Below are positions 1 through 9,540 of a DNA stretch of 15,158 nucleotides, one piece after another. The stretch comes from Octopus sinensis (Eukaryota), in contig NW_021825527.1 of NCBI RefSeq assembly GCF_006345805.1, forward strand, positions 1 to 15,158. Reading direction: 5' to 3'. The position numbers and the translations under genes were made by a program. Under the pieces are notes generated by a model, which saw only the letters and a list, made by a program, of their open reading frames with translations, searched no databases and was not told the origin of the DNA. The number at the start of each line of letters is the position of its first letter. Positions within the stretch are counted from its first letter, which is position 1.

Positions 1-80
1 TTACACACTACACGCTTAAAAAACCACAACTTTATCCTTTACAGAAAGAAAACAGACCAGCAAACACAGTGCTCTCTCTC

Positions 81-86
<6 letters not shown>

Positions 87-133
<47 letters not shown>

Positions 134-134
134 T
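87..134. repeat. (TA)n microsatellite, preceded by short (CT)n/(TG)n
   Basis: Direct reading of the sequence. Confidence 0.95.
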
Positions 135-941
135 AAATAAGCAGAAATGGAGAAAACATTTGATCAACAAAAAAAAAAAGAAAAACAAATTGACCAACAT
201 CGGTTAACTATTATTTAATACAAAGCATAACATAGCATTACATAACATTTCTTACGGCCGTTTCGGCCGCCAATGTCAGTCGGTGCTTAGAAAGAAAATT
301 CTGAAAAAGATATTCGCCATATTTATAGCACATTCGATCTAGTAAATGGAGTTTGTCAGAGTGAATACAAATACATAAAATAAAATAAACGAAGGGAAGA
401 GGAAAGAACAGGGCCTAAAGATGAGGCCAGAAGGCTTAATATATTCTTTTCTTCTCTCGGCACAAGGCCCAACATTTTTTGGGAGGGGCCAGTCGATTAG
501 ATCGACCCCAGTACGCAACTGGTACTTAATTTACCGACCCCGAAAGGATGAAAGCAAAGTCGGTGGAATTTGAACTCAGAACGTAAAGACGGACGAAATA
601 ACGCTAAGCATTTCGCCCAGTGTGCTAACGTTTCTACCAGCTCGCCGCCTTAGAAGGCTTAATATATTAGAATCATGCCATTTTGCAGTGTGAAGCTTAA
701 AGTCAATAGGCAAAAGAGTGAACTAGCAAGTAGTCACCCTGATGAAGCTCCATATACTAGATCGAATGCGCTATAAAGATGGTGGAAACTATTTTCGGAA
801 TTTTCTTTGTAAGTACCGACTGACATTGGCAGCCGAAACGGCCGTAAGAAATGTTATGTTTTGTATTAAAAAAATAATTAACCGATGTTGGTCAATTTCT
901 TTGTTTGTTGATCAAAAGTTTTCTCCAATTTCTGCTTATTT
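135..941. mobile_element. Foldback/inverted-repeat element with arms at ~135-364 and ~734-941 (MITE-like or an inverted pair of Penelope pseudo-LTRs)
   Basis: Left arm aaataagcagaaatggagaaaac...catttcttacggccgtttcggccgccaatgtcagtcggtgc...cattcgatctagtaaatggagtttgtcagagtga is the diverged reverse complement of the right arm tcaccctgatgaagctccatatactagatcgaatgcg...gtaccgactgacattggcagccgaaacggccgtaagaaatg...gttttctccaatttctgcttattt. No clean TSD is visible; the left end abuts (TA)n. Confidence 0.8.
446..651 (-). mobile_element. tRNA-derived SINE (family A), full length, with a 17-bp TSD
   Basis: Perfect direct repeat agaaggcttaatatatt at 429-445 and 652-668. The minus strand reads aggcggcgagctggtagaaacgttagc (A-box-like) ... 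tgagttcaaattcc (B-box-like), and is homologous to 4443-4677. Confidence 0.93.
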
Positions 942-1100
942 TAAATTTGATTCCTGATAAACGTTTGTTTATTCTATTATTACCTGTACCCTATCAGTAT
1001 AGAGGTGCTTGCATACCCATGCCCAGGGTTAACATAAGTAAATGATATCGATAGTAAGAACGGATAGTCTTATCCTTAGACGGTTATTCCAACCGCTAAC

Positions 1101-1140
1101 TCTGCTAGAAATAACAGTCAAATTTCCACCAAATTACACT
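1101..1140 (+). repeat. Short fragment of a dispersed repeat (tgctagaaataacag motif)
   Basis: 15-bp identity between 1103-1117 and 2858-2872, with a partial copy near 11204. Boundaries are not defined. Confidence 0.35.
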
Positions 1141-1274
1141 GTAATGAGTTTTTATAAATACAGAACACATAAGAGAATATAGTCATAGATATACAAATGA
1201 GGAAAAAATGGCTGGTTGTATTTGGATTGCCTTTGATTATAGGCTTATTTAGTAAACGTTGACTTGGAACTAAG

Positions 1275-1296
1275 CAACAACAACAACAACAACAAC
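1275..1296. repeat. (CAA)n microsatellite
   Basis: Direct reading. Confidence 0.9.
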
Positions 1297-1962
1297 CTCA
1301 ACAAAAGTAACACTGTAACAATATCTGCTTTACGTCCACTTGTGTGTAGTCAATAGCTAACCGTTTTTTTATTGCTTCCTATCTGCCATCTTTTGGTAGA
1401 GGGAAATGCCAACCTTTATAAAGATTACTTCGAAATATGCGATACGTAGATGTATCCATTTACTGATAGCTTCAAGTGATCATCGGATTGTTAGCGATGC
1501 GCATTCAACCGCTGTTAATCTCAGCATTTCTACTTACGCGCATTTCATTACGGAACAATCCTCAGCGGCGACTCAACAATCTCGTTTTAAATTACCGTTA
1601 ATGCATTGAACCGTTCCTTAAAGTTTATTTGACCCCGGTGGCACAACAGTTTATACAAATTCAAATGAAGGGTTAATTACGAATCTAAATTCAGTTCTAT
1701 TCATGTAAAAGTAACAAAATATTCTGGTTTGTATTTTGAAATGATTTGTTGTGTTTTTTTCTTTCTTTCTTTTTTCTCTTTTAAATGGGAATGCATTCAT
1801 CCAGTAATTTTAATATCCTCAAATTGTAACAGCAAAAACATATTTACATTAGAAATAATAAAAATAAAAACAAATTAATTCTTTGCCGCTATTTGTAATT
1901 TTGACTTTTATGCATGTATTACATGTTGGTTCGTTTCAATTAAACTACCACATGTAATCAGC

Positions 1963-1964
<2 letters not shown>

Positions 1965-2055
<91 letters not shown>
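1965..2055. repeat. (TAA)n microsatellite
   Basis: About 30 units with one TGA interruption. Confidence 0.97.
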
Positions 2056-2056
<1 letters not shown>

Positions 2057-3272
2057 TTTATCCGACCTTGGATTTTGCTTGCCATTTACATAATATCTAC
2101 GTTAAACTTGCCGTTCATAATATAAAACGTTTAACTCGACATTCTCCACATTTATCACAACGGTCTAGAAAATAGTTGGAACCAAGAATACAGAAAATGG
2201 AATTTTCACGCTAAAACTTCATCGAAGTTGATGTAAGTTATCAATCACGTTTATAACAATGCTTTTGCAATGTGTATTCTTTATATTTTCAAGCAACTCT
2301 TCGAAAAATATATTGAAATATCTGTCAGGCTTCTAACTAACACAGAAGAAATATTGCTTTCAAAATTGTCATCTTACATCAACCGTCTTATATTTAGTCG
2401 AACGAAAAAACTACTAGCTTTTAATTTGGCGTCGGTTTTTATCTAAAATATTATGGCAGGCATATCTGAACACTCCTGTGTCTTCACAGCTCTTAATTAA
2501 ATACTTATTCGTCATAAGTACATGCAGAGTAGTAGGTAAACATAATTTTGGAGAGTTTATATTTACATGAGGGCCTTAAGGATATTGCAGCAGTGAAGAA
2601 TCCCGACGAGATCCATTTGTAGGTAATCAGATTTTCTGTATGAAATTACTTAAGTGAGACAATGGTGTAGTCCTTGAGGTGAAATTAAGAGTGAAATTAA
2701 TTTGAAATGAAGGGAAGTTAATTATGTTTTATGATAATTTAGTATTAAAGTCCAAGATCGGGAGATCTATACTTTCTATTATTGTTTCAAATAATTATTG
2801 AAGGTCTCGATACAGCGAGATATACAGCAACAAAGATCTCCACGTGGTCATTAAATTTGCTAGAAATAACAGCCGAAACATTGTCCACCACATGAAAAGG
2901 GTTACATTGAATAATACAATCAGGGTTACATAGTTCCTAAAAACAGAGAAATACTCGTGATAGACATAATTAAATTCATTTTAGTGATAGATTTACTTAA
3001 TCAAGGCCAAGTATGAAATAAGCAGCAACAGCAACATCAACTAGTATAAGGATTTCTTTCAATTGGCAGAAGCATCAGATGGGGAGATCATTACAAGGAC
3101 TGTTTACAGTTTGTTTGGGGGTTTAAATAAAAGATGATGTGAAGAAAGGAAGTGGAGTGACAGATGAGATAAATGTATCCAGAGTATAGAAAATATGTGA
3201 ACACATCTATGTTGCCGACTCTCTGATACAATAGAAGCTCCAACTAGGGTCAACCAAAGAACCTTACAGGTC

Positions 3273-3406
3273 CGTAAAAACGGACGAAATGCCGCTAAGC
3301 ATTTTACCGGGAATGCTAAAGTTGACTTCTGCGGAATTTGAACTCAGAACTTAAAGGCGAACGAAATGCCGTTAGGAGTTTTGCTCGGTGTGCTAACGAT
3401 TCGGCA
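3273..3406 (-). mobile_element. Two tandem, decayed 5' fragments of SINE family A
   Basis: cgtaaaaacggacgaaatgccgctaagcatttt...tgctaa (3273-3318) is followed by gcggaatttgaactcagaac...acgaaatgccgttagg...tgtgctaacg (to 3406). Both align to 565-635 of the first SINE. Confidence 0.8.
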
Positions 3407-3601
3407 ATGTTACATATAAAGAGTGTCGATTCGCAGCAGCAGGTGCAATGGTAGAGGCGTAGTTATATATTATATACGTCTATCCGTGCATTCATTCGTT
3501 TATGCATGCATACATACATGCAAAAAAGAAAATACCTACAAACGAAGTTGGCCATATTGATTGAGACCGATGTGGCAAACGAATATTGATAGAAGTTAAA
3601 G

Positions 3602-3892
3602 ATTAAAAGATCCACCAAGGTAAAACACAACCGGTCAGATCTCGTGTGGGACCGCAAAGAAAAGATATGTTCTGTTGTGGAAATCAGCTGTCCTCTGGAC
3701 ACGAATGTGGTTAGAAAAATACAAGAGGACATACCTGTTATTATTGGAGTAACGGGATACATGCCGACCCATCTGTAACAGAGTATGGCTGAACTTGGGA
3801 TCTTGGAGGAATCCTTAATTTATATGCTACAAATGATCACGATATCTGAGACTATAAAAATCTGCAAGATCTCCTTAAGATTTGAAGAATGA
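3602..3892 (+). pseudogene. Decayed 3' end of a non-LTR retrotransposon ORF, restriction-like endonuclease domain (R2/R4/Dong/NeSL type)
   Basis: Manual translation: IKRSTKVKHNRSDLVWDRKEKICSVVEISCPLDTNVVRKIQEDIPVIIGVTGYMPTHL*QSMAELGILEESLIYMLQMITISETIKICKISLRFEE*. This has the HN(R/K)PD-like, E-x-SCP-x-D-x-N and IP-x-IIG-x-x-G motifs of RLE domains. The K..KY..L segment is deleted and there is an in-frame stop at 3776-3778. Not reported in the ORF track. Confidence 0.8.
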
Positions 3893-4197
3893 TGGGTAAA
3901 ACAAGTTATATATATATATATACACGCACAGGTGCATATTTAGTTTTACATGTTTGTAATTAAAAAATTGCTAAGGATTTAATGCTCCCAGTTTTCAGTA
4001 TTTTGCCACAAAAAACTCAGAGCCCCACGAAGTATAGATGTGAATGTGTTAAAAAAATACCGAGGCAACTTTTTATCGGCGATACTGTGTGAACGTCCGT
4101 CACGACAAGAAACGTAAATAAAGGAAGATCCGCCAGAAATAAACACATGGAAGGCCGTGGAACCAATTGCAGTTGTCGAAAGTATATTTTTTTAATG

Positions 4198-4748
4198 TTT
4201 TACTTGTTTTAATCATTAAACTTCGGCCATTCTGGGGCACCACCTTGGAAAATTTTAGTCGAAAGAATCGAGCCCACTACTTATTATTTTTTGTAAAGAC
4301 TGATACTCTTTCTATTAGTCTATTTTTCTGAACCGCTAAGTTATGGGGATGTAAACACACCAAAACTGATTGTCAAGCGGTGGTACGATTATAGTAAAAT
4401 ACACTTACCCAAGGTGGTACGCAGTGGGTCTGAATCCGGCATTAGGTGGCGAGCTGGCAGAAACGTTAGCACGCCGGGCGAAATGCGTAGCCGTATTTCG
4501 TCTGCCGCTACGTTCTGAGTTCAAATTCCGCCGAGGTCGTCTTTGTCTTTCATCCTTTCGGGGTCGATAAATAAAGTACCAGTTACGCACTGGGGTCGAT
4601 GTAATCGACTTAATCCCTTTGTCTGTCCGTGTGTGTGTCCCCTCTATGTTTAGCACCTTGTGAGCTATAAAGAAATAAGTGGGTCTGAATCCGGCATCAT
4701 GTGACTGAGAATCAATCTTCTTACCACCACAGCCACGCATACGCCTAT
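4198..4748 (-). mobile_element. Older tRNA-derived SINE (family B), interrupted by a family A SINE
   Basis: Minus-strand head ataggcg...tggctgtggtggtaag (A-box-like) ... ggattcagaccc (B-box-like) ... ttgggtaagtgt. Body cttgacaatcag...ggtgtgtttacatccccataacttagcggttcag. Tail ...gaagtttaatgattaaaacaagtaaaa, homologous to 8415-8537. Confidence 0.8.
4443..4677 (+). mobile_element. tRNA-derived SINE (family A), full length, with a 20-bp TSD
   Basis: Perfect direct repeat agtgggtctgaatccggcat at 4423-4442 and 4678-4697. A-box-like TGGCAGAAACG at 4455-4465 and B-box-like GAGTTCAAATTCC at 4517-4529. Confidence 0.95.
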
Positions 4749-5057
4749 ATATCATTAAATTAAGAATATATTGTAAATATCGGGTTTGGGGTGTGTGTGT
4801 TTATAAAAATTCCTTAGAAATACTGCCTAACAAAAATTGATATAGTACACAATACATGTGTAGTGTCTAAATATTTTACTTACCTATATTCCATTTGGAG
4901 AATTTATTGTAAATAATGGCTTGTATTTCTAGATATTTAAAAGTTGAAATATTTTAACTATTTCATATAACTAAATAGTATCTATATGTTCACGAACGCA
5001 ACTGTATATTTAGATGGATGGATAAAAATGTAATATAAAATAAATAAACATTAGTAT

Positions 5058-5176
5058 GTCGGAAATATAAGAAAAATGTATCTAATTGAATAAAAATAAT
5101 TATTTAGACGAATGTTATTTTCGAGACTACATATGGAGGCGATATTTTCTTAAAACACATTTGTGTAATACGGTTT
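5058..5176 (+). repeat. Unclassified AT-rich dispersed repeat, copy 1
   Basis: Aligns to 7503-7620; shared taattgaataaaaa and ggcgatattttcttaaaa. Confidence 0.65.
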
Positions 5177-5817
5177 ATGCGATGACATCAATGTTTTCCG
5201 TTTATAACATTACATTTTGTTGCAGTTTTCTGAACCTGTTTTTTTTCTTTCTTTTTATAAATTTGAATAAAATTTATATTTTACACAATATACATATACT
5301 GTTTTACAAAATATACAATAATATTCGAAATATAATTTAATAAACGCTTGAATTGGCACCCAACGATAAGCATACAGAAGGATTAAAATAGCGGTGATAC
5401 TTATTCGAATTATGAAGCGAGATTCAACGCTTTCGAAAAAATAATACCAAGAAGATTCCGTCGGTTGGAAGGAGTTATTATTTCTCAGACGTTTATACAG
5501 TTATTCTGTATCAACTGAAGGTTTAGTATGCTTTTATTTTTTTACCTTTTTCAAAGAAAACAAAACCAGGCTGATATTTGTTTTCTTTACAACCAGACCT
5601 ACTTCGATTTCTTGCAACAAAATGAAATAAAATAAAATAAAAACAAACAAAAAGCATAATTGAATTAACGATTGATATTGGTATTTTTTCAGCATTGAGG
5701 GAATGTTATCAAACGAAAATGACAAGCTTCTGTGTTATTGTTGAACACTGATAAATCTTTCAGCTTCTTACAATCTAATTTCGTATATTTTTTTTCTGTC
5801 TTCCTTTGAAAAGGAAA

Positions 5818-5839
5818 CATATATACATACATACATTCA

Positions 5840-5877
<38 letters not shown>

Positions 5878-6139
5878 TATATCTTTATATATATATATTT
5901 GTATATTAGTATGTATGTATGTATATATATACATACCGATATATATATATATTATATATATATATATATACAGATTATATATATATATAGTATATACGTA
6001 ATATATATGGTATATATATAGGTACATACATACATACATATATAAATATATTATAATATATATATTATATATATATAATAATATATAATATTATACATAC
6101 ATATATACACAGACATGCATGTACATATATGTACATATA

Positions 6140-6213
<74 letters not shown>

Positions 6214-6276
6214 TTCTATATATATATATATTATATATATACATGTACACACACGCACGTACACACACACTATATA
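5818..6276. repeat. Compound (TA)n/(TACA)n/(CA)n microsatellite field
   Basis: Direct reading; it explains the Y/I-rich ORFs. Confidence 0.95.
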
Positions 6277-6364
6277 TGAAGAAAAGAACGGATCAATTCT
6301 GTTTGTGCGGTCAGGCAAATGCCTTTGCCTTTTAAATACAGGAATTCGACGATGCAGCACGCCG

Positions 6365-7080
6365 ATTTGAGCACATATTGCTGATTCTGAATTTATGTTT
6401 TCTTGTGCAAAAATGTCGATTTAGAAGTCGTGTCCACTTGAGCATAGTGTGCCAATTGTGAAGTAGTGTCCACTTGAGCGGCAAAGTATCGATATTGAAG
6501 AAGTGCCTAACTTCATCGTGAAACGTCTGTTTGAAGTAGTGTCTACTTGAGCGCAGAGTGCAGATTTTGAATCAGTGTTTACATGAGGAAAAGTAGTCAT
6601 GCTGAGGCGATTTCTACCTGAGTCTGTTTTGAGGTCGTGTCTACTTGAGTGCAAAGTGCTGATTTCGAATCAATGTTCATTTGAGGATAAAGCATCTATT
6701 CTGAGGTGTGTGCTTGAGACAAAAAGTGTCTAGTTTGGAGTCGTGTCTACCTGAGTGCAAAGTGCCAATTTTGATATGGTGTCTACTTGAGGGCCAAGTG
6801 CCCGTTTTGAAACAGTGTCTACTTGAGTTTAAAGAGCCTATTTTGAATCAATGTTCATTTGAGGATAAAGCATCAATTCTGAGGTGTGTGTGTGCTTGAG
6901 ACAAAAAGTGCCTGGTTTGGAGTTGTGTCTATCTGAGTGCAAAATGCCGATTTTGAAATGGTGTCTACTTGAGCGCAATCTATTGATATTGAATCAATGT
7001 TCGTTCTAGGACAAAGTATCCATATGAGGCTGTCTACTTGAGCGCAAAATGTTTATTATGAAGCAGTGTGGACTTAACTG
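6365..7080. repeat. 36-bp minisatellite, consensus approximately gtgtctacttgagcgcaaagtgccgattttgaa-nnn, with a higher-order repeat
   Basis: Core gtgtc(t/c)ac(t/c)tgag or close variants start at 6430, 6466, 6539, 6637, 6743, 6779, 6815, 6925, 6961 and ~7030. Adjacent units are spaced at exactly 36 bp. Confidence 0.9.
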
Positions 7081-7219
7081 AACACGAAAGGCTGTTTCAA
7101 CGTGGTGTGAGCATCAGTTATATGGCATGTTTATTTAGCACACTATTTCAAAAGCAAAAAATAAAAATCTGTCAATACTAGAACTGTTTCTCATCGAACG
7201 GTGCTCACCGGCCCTCTCT

Positions 7220-7392
7220 TTTACTACACACGCACATACACATATATATATGCATATATACATATATACCTATACATAAACAACATACACACATACACAC
7301 AAATACACATATATAGAGAGAGCAATATATAACAAAAGAGAGAGGGTGAGTGAGAAAGAGAGTGATACGGAAAGAGAGAGAGAAAGAATTGG
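7220..7392. repeat. Compound (CA)/(TA)/(GA) microsatellite
   Basis: Direct reading. Confidence 0.85.
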
Positions 7393-7502
7393 TAACAGAA
7401 AGACAAAGAAACAAATATGGTGTCATTTTTCTTCCTGTCTGCGATAACGGTAATTTAGCAGGATAGCAGTATATACTTATTTAAATATAAGCATCATCAG
7501 AA

Positions 7503-7620
7503 CATCAGAAATAAACAAAGAGTATTTAATTGAATAAAAAAATTTGTCAAGACAAATTTTACTTTCAAGAATACATACGTGGGCGATATTTTCTTAAAAA
7601 CAATTTTGGTAATATAGTTT
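7503..7620 (+). repeat. Unclassified AT-rich dispersed repeat, copy 2
   Basis: Aligns to 5058-5176. Confidence 0.65.
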
Positions 7621-7654
7621 ATTCAATACTTACACATAAATAAATAAAATTTTA

Positions 7655-8013
7655 AATTATGTATATATATATGATATATAAATGTGTGTGATATATATAT
7701 ATATATATATATATAGATATATATATTATATAATATAATATACATATACATAATATATACATATACCTATATATACATACATACATACATATATATATAT
7801 AATATATATATTTACATATATATATATATATACATATATATAGACATATACATACATATTTTCTCTCCTTGTTTCTTTCTGTGTTCCTTTCTGTGGAAGA
7901 GCGTAGGCTGGAAACATTAAAGACTTTTTCACTTCCCGAGCGTTAAAGTAGTACATATATATGTATTGTATGAATATATATATATTTAATATATATATAT
8001 TATATATAGTATC

Positions 8014-8081
<68 letters not shown>

Positions 8082-8140
8082 TTATGTACATACACGTATA
8101 TATATGTATATATAAGTATATATATATAATACATATATAA
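7655..8140. repeat. (TA)n-rich field, split by the element at 7861-7955
   Basis: Direct reading. Confidence 0.9.
7861..7955 (+). mobile_element. Short (TA)n-embedded repeat with a degenerate minimal hammerhead-like motif (Penelope pseudo-LTR-like), copy 1
   Basis: ttcctttCTGTGGAaGAGCgtagGCTGGAAACATTaaagac; aligns to 8645-8745. The Penelope assignment is an inference from the motif architecture. Confidence 0.55.
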
Positions 8141-8414
8141 ACATATAGAACGCTTTACGTTATAGCATTTCCTCTCGTATTTCTCAGCATGCCTAACTGC
8201 CTGTCTGCCTGACTGACTGCTGTGACAGATTCCCTTTCTCTTTCTTTCACACACACACACACACACACACATACAGAGTTCAAAATTGCACAAAAAAAAG
8301 TAACTGAAAAAAAGACAAAGGCAGCTGAAGGAACAACAAACACAATATGTTAGTTTGACGCTCAGGAGTTTTGGGAGAAGTCTTTGACATTTCGAGCCAA
8401 AGTTCTTCTAGGAT

Positions 8415-8537
8415 AAGAGACCGATAGAATAAGTAACAGGATTTAAAAGAATAAGTACTGAGATCTATTCGTTTGAATAAAATACTAAAATGCCTTAGCA
8501 TGAGAACAGTACAAATAAAAGACTGAAGTAAAAGAAA
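8415..8537 (+). mobile_element. Decayed 3' fragment of SINE family B
   Basis: aagagaccgatagaataagta...aaagaataagtactgagatctattcgtttgaataaa...gactgaagtaaaag is collinear with the reverse complement of 4198-4325. Confidence 0.65.
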
Positions 8538-8548
8538 CAAAATATAAA

Positions 8549-8550
<2 letters not shown>

Positions 8551-8610
<60 letters not shown>

Positions 8611-8612
8611 TA
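8551..8612. repeat. (TC)n(TA)n compound microsatellite
   Basis: Direct reading. Confidence 0.95.
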
Positions 8613-8644
8613 GACCGCTAGACTGCTGAAATCTACAAGTTTTT

Positions 8645-8795
8645 TTATTCTCTCTCTGTTTATTTTCTCTTATTCCTTTATGTTAAAGAACGTAGGCTCG
8701 AAACGTAATGGATGATTACATTTCCTCAGCGTCTAACTATGACAGTTGCTTTTCATACACCTGTCTTAGTCTTTTGTTTTACTATAAATTTCAAC
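8645..8795 (+). mobile_element. Short (TA)n-associated repeat with a degenerate minimal hammerhead-like motif, copy 2
   Basis: ttcctttATGTTAAaGAACgtagGCTCGAAACGTAatgg...ttcctcagcgt; homologous to 7861-7955 and followed by (TA)n at 8798-8855. Confidence 0.55.
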
Positions 8796-8802
8796 TATCT
8801 AT

Positions 8803-8855
<53 letters not shown>

Positions 8856-9189
8856 GAGCAAAACGCCCCCTGCCCAATGGACAGTGCTGAGTGTCAAACA
8901 TTTAAACCAATTTATCAAAACAACTTGTCCGACCGTCTCATAGGCCTGCCCTTTGAGAAACACTGATTTAACCTAAATTTGAGACACCAGCAAAAGAAGA
9001 AATAAAGATAGACTTTTTTCTATTCCAAAGAAAAACGGTTTTATTCACAGAAATATGCAACTGAAGAGTTTAAAATACCAGTAATGATAAGGCTGTTGAC
9101 TAGGAGAACACAAACATGGTTTAAATAGTAAGCTTGGCAGGAACCAAACGTGCCTTTAAGCAGTACAAAAACAACAAAAAATGTAAGGT

Positions 9190-9405
9190 GCAGTTATGTA
9201 TAGGTTGACGGAAGAAAAGCACGTTCCCATGACTTTATCGATCGCATTCTTACCTGGAATCGATTTTTGTAATGTTTTCAAGACTTATACACGCCCTGAT
9301 ACCGTCGGTATCTACATATCAAATTTGAACGCAATCGGATGGAGGATACCCGAGATCCTAGAAGAGACACAGACAGACAGGCAGAACGGATTTTATATAA
9401 TAGAT
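9190..9405 (+). mobile_element. Helentron-associated HINE-like (DINE-1/Lep1-like) non-autonomous element, 3' part
   Basis: The 3' architecture catatcaaatttgaacgcaatcggatg...gagatcc...(acag)n...ttttatataatagat resembles HINE ends: a ccaaattt...atcgg motif, a tetranucleotide repeat and an atagat-like terminus. The 5' boundary is uncertain. Confidence 0.5.
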
Positions 9406-9407
9406 AT

Positions 9408-9459
<52 letters not shown>

Positions 9460-9540
9460 GGAGAGGGAGACAAAGAAAGAGAGAGAGGGGGAGAGTGAGA
9501 GACAGATAAATAGATAGATAGATAGATAGATAGATAGATC
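9406..9540. repeat. (TA)n-(GA)n-(GATA)n compound microsatellite
   Basis: Direct reading. Confidence 0.95.

Noticed and set aside
742-957. 71-aa ORF
   Set aside because: Coincides with the right inverted-repeat arm; the homologous left arm has frame-breaking indels.
1406-1609. 67-aa ORF in a slightly GC-richer patch
   Set aside because: No recognisable motif, splice context or homology that I can support.
4370-4755. ORFs 4370-4570 (+) and 4405-4755 (-), or a tRNA gene
   Set aside because: They lie within nested SINEs. The A/B boxes belong to SINE heads with TSDs, and no full cloverleaf is evident.
5770-5815. Possible minus-strand micro-exon (tttccttttcaaag acceptor ... gtaaga donor)
   Set aside because: Splice-like motifs are common in AT-rich DNA; no coding homology or neighbouring exons.
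6313-6334. Hairpin aggcaaa-tgcc-tttgcct followed by a T run (terminator-like or Helitron 3' end)
   Set aside because: No upstream gene, no CTRR terminus nearby, and a 7-bp stem is expected by chance in 15 kb.
6365-7080. CRISPR array (36-bp periodicity)
   Set aside because: The whole period is 36 bp, the inter-core sequences are homologous to each other rather than unique spacers, there are no cas genes, and the context is eukaryotic.
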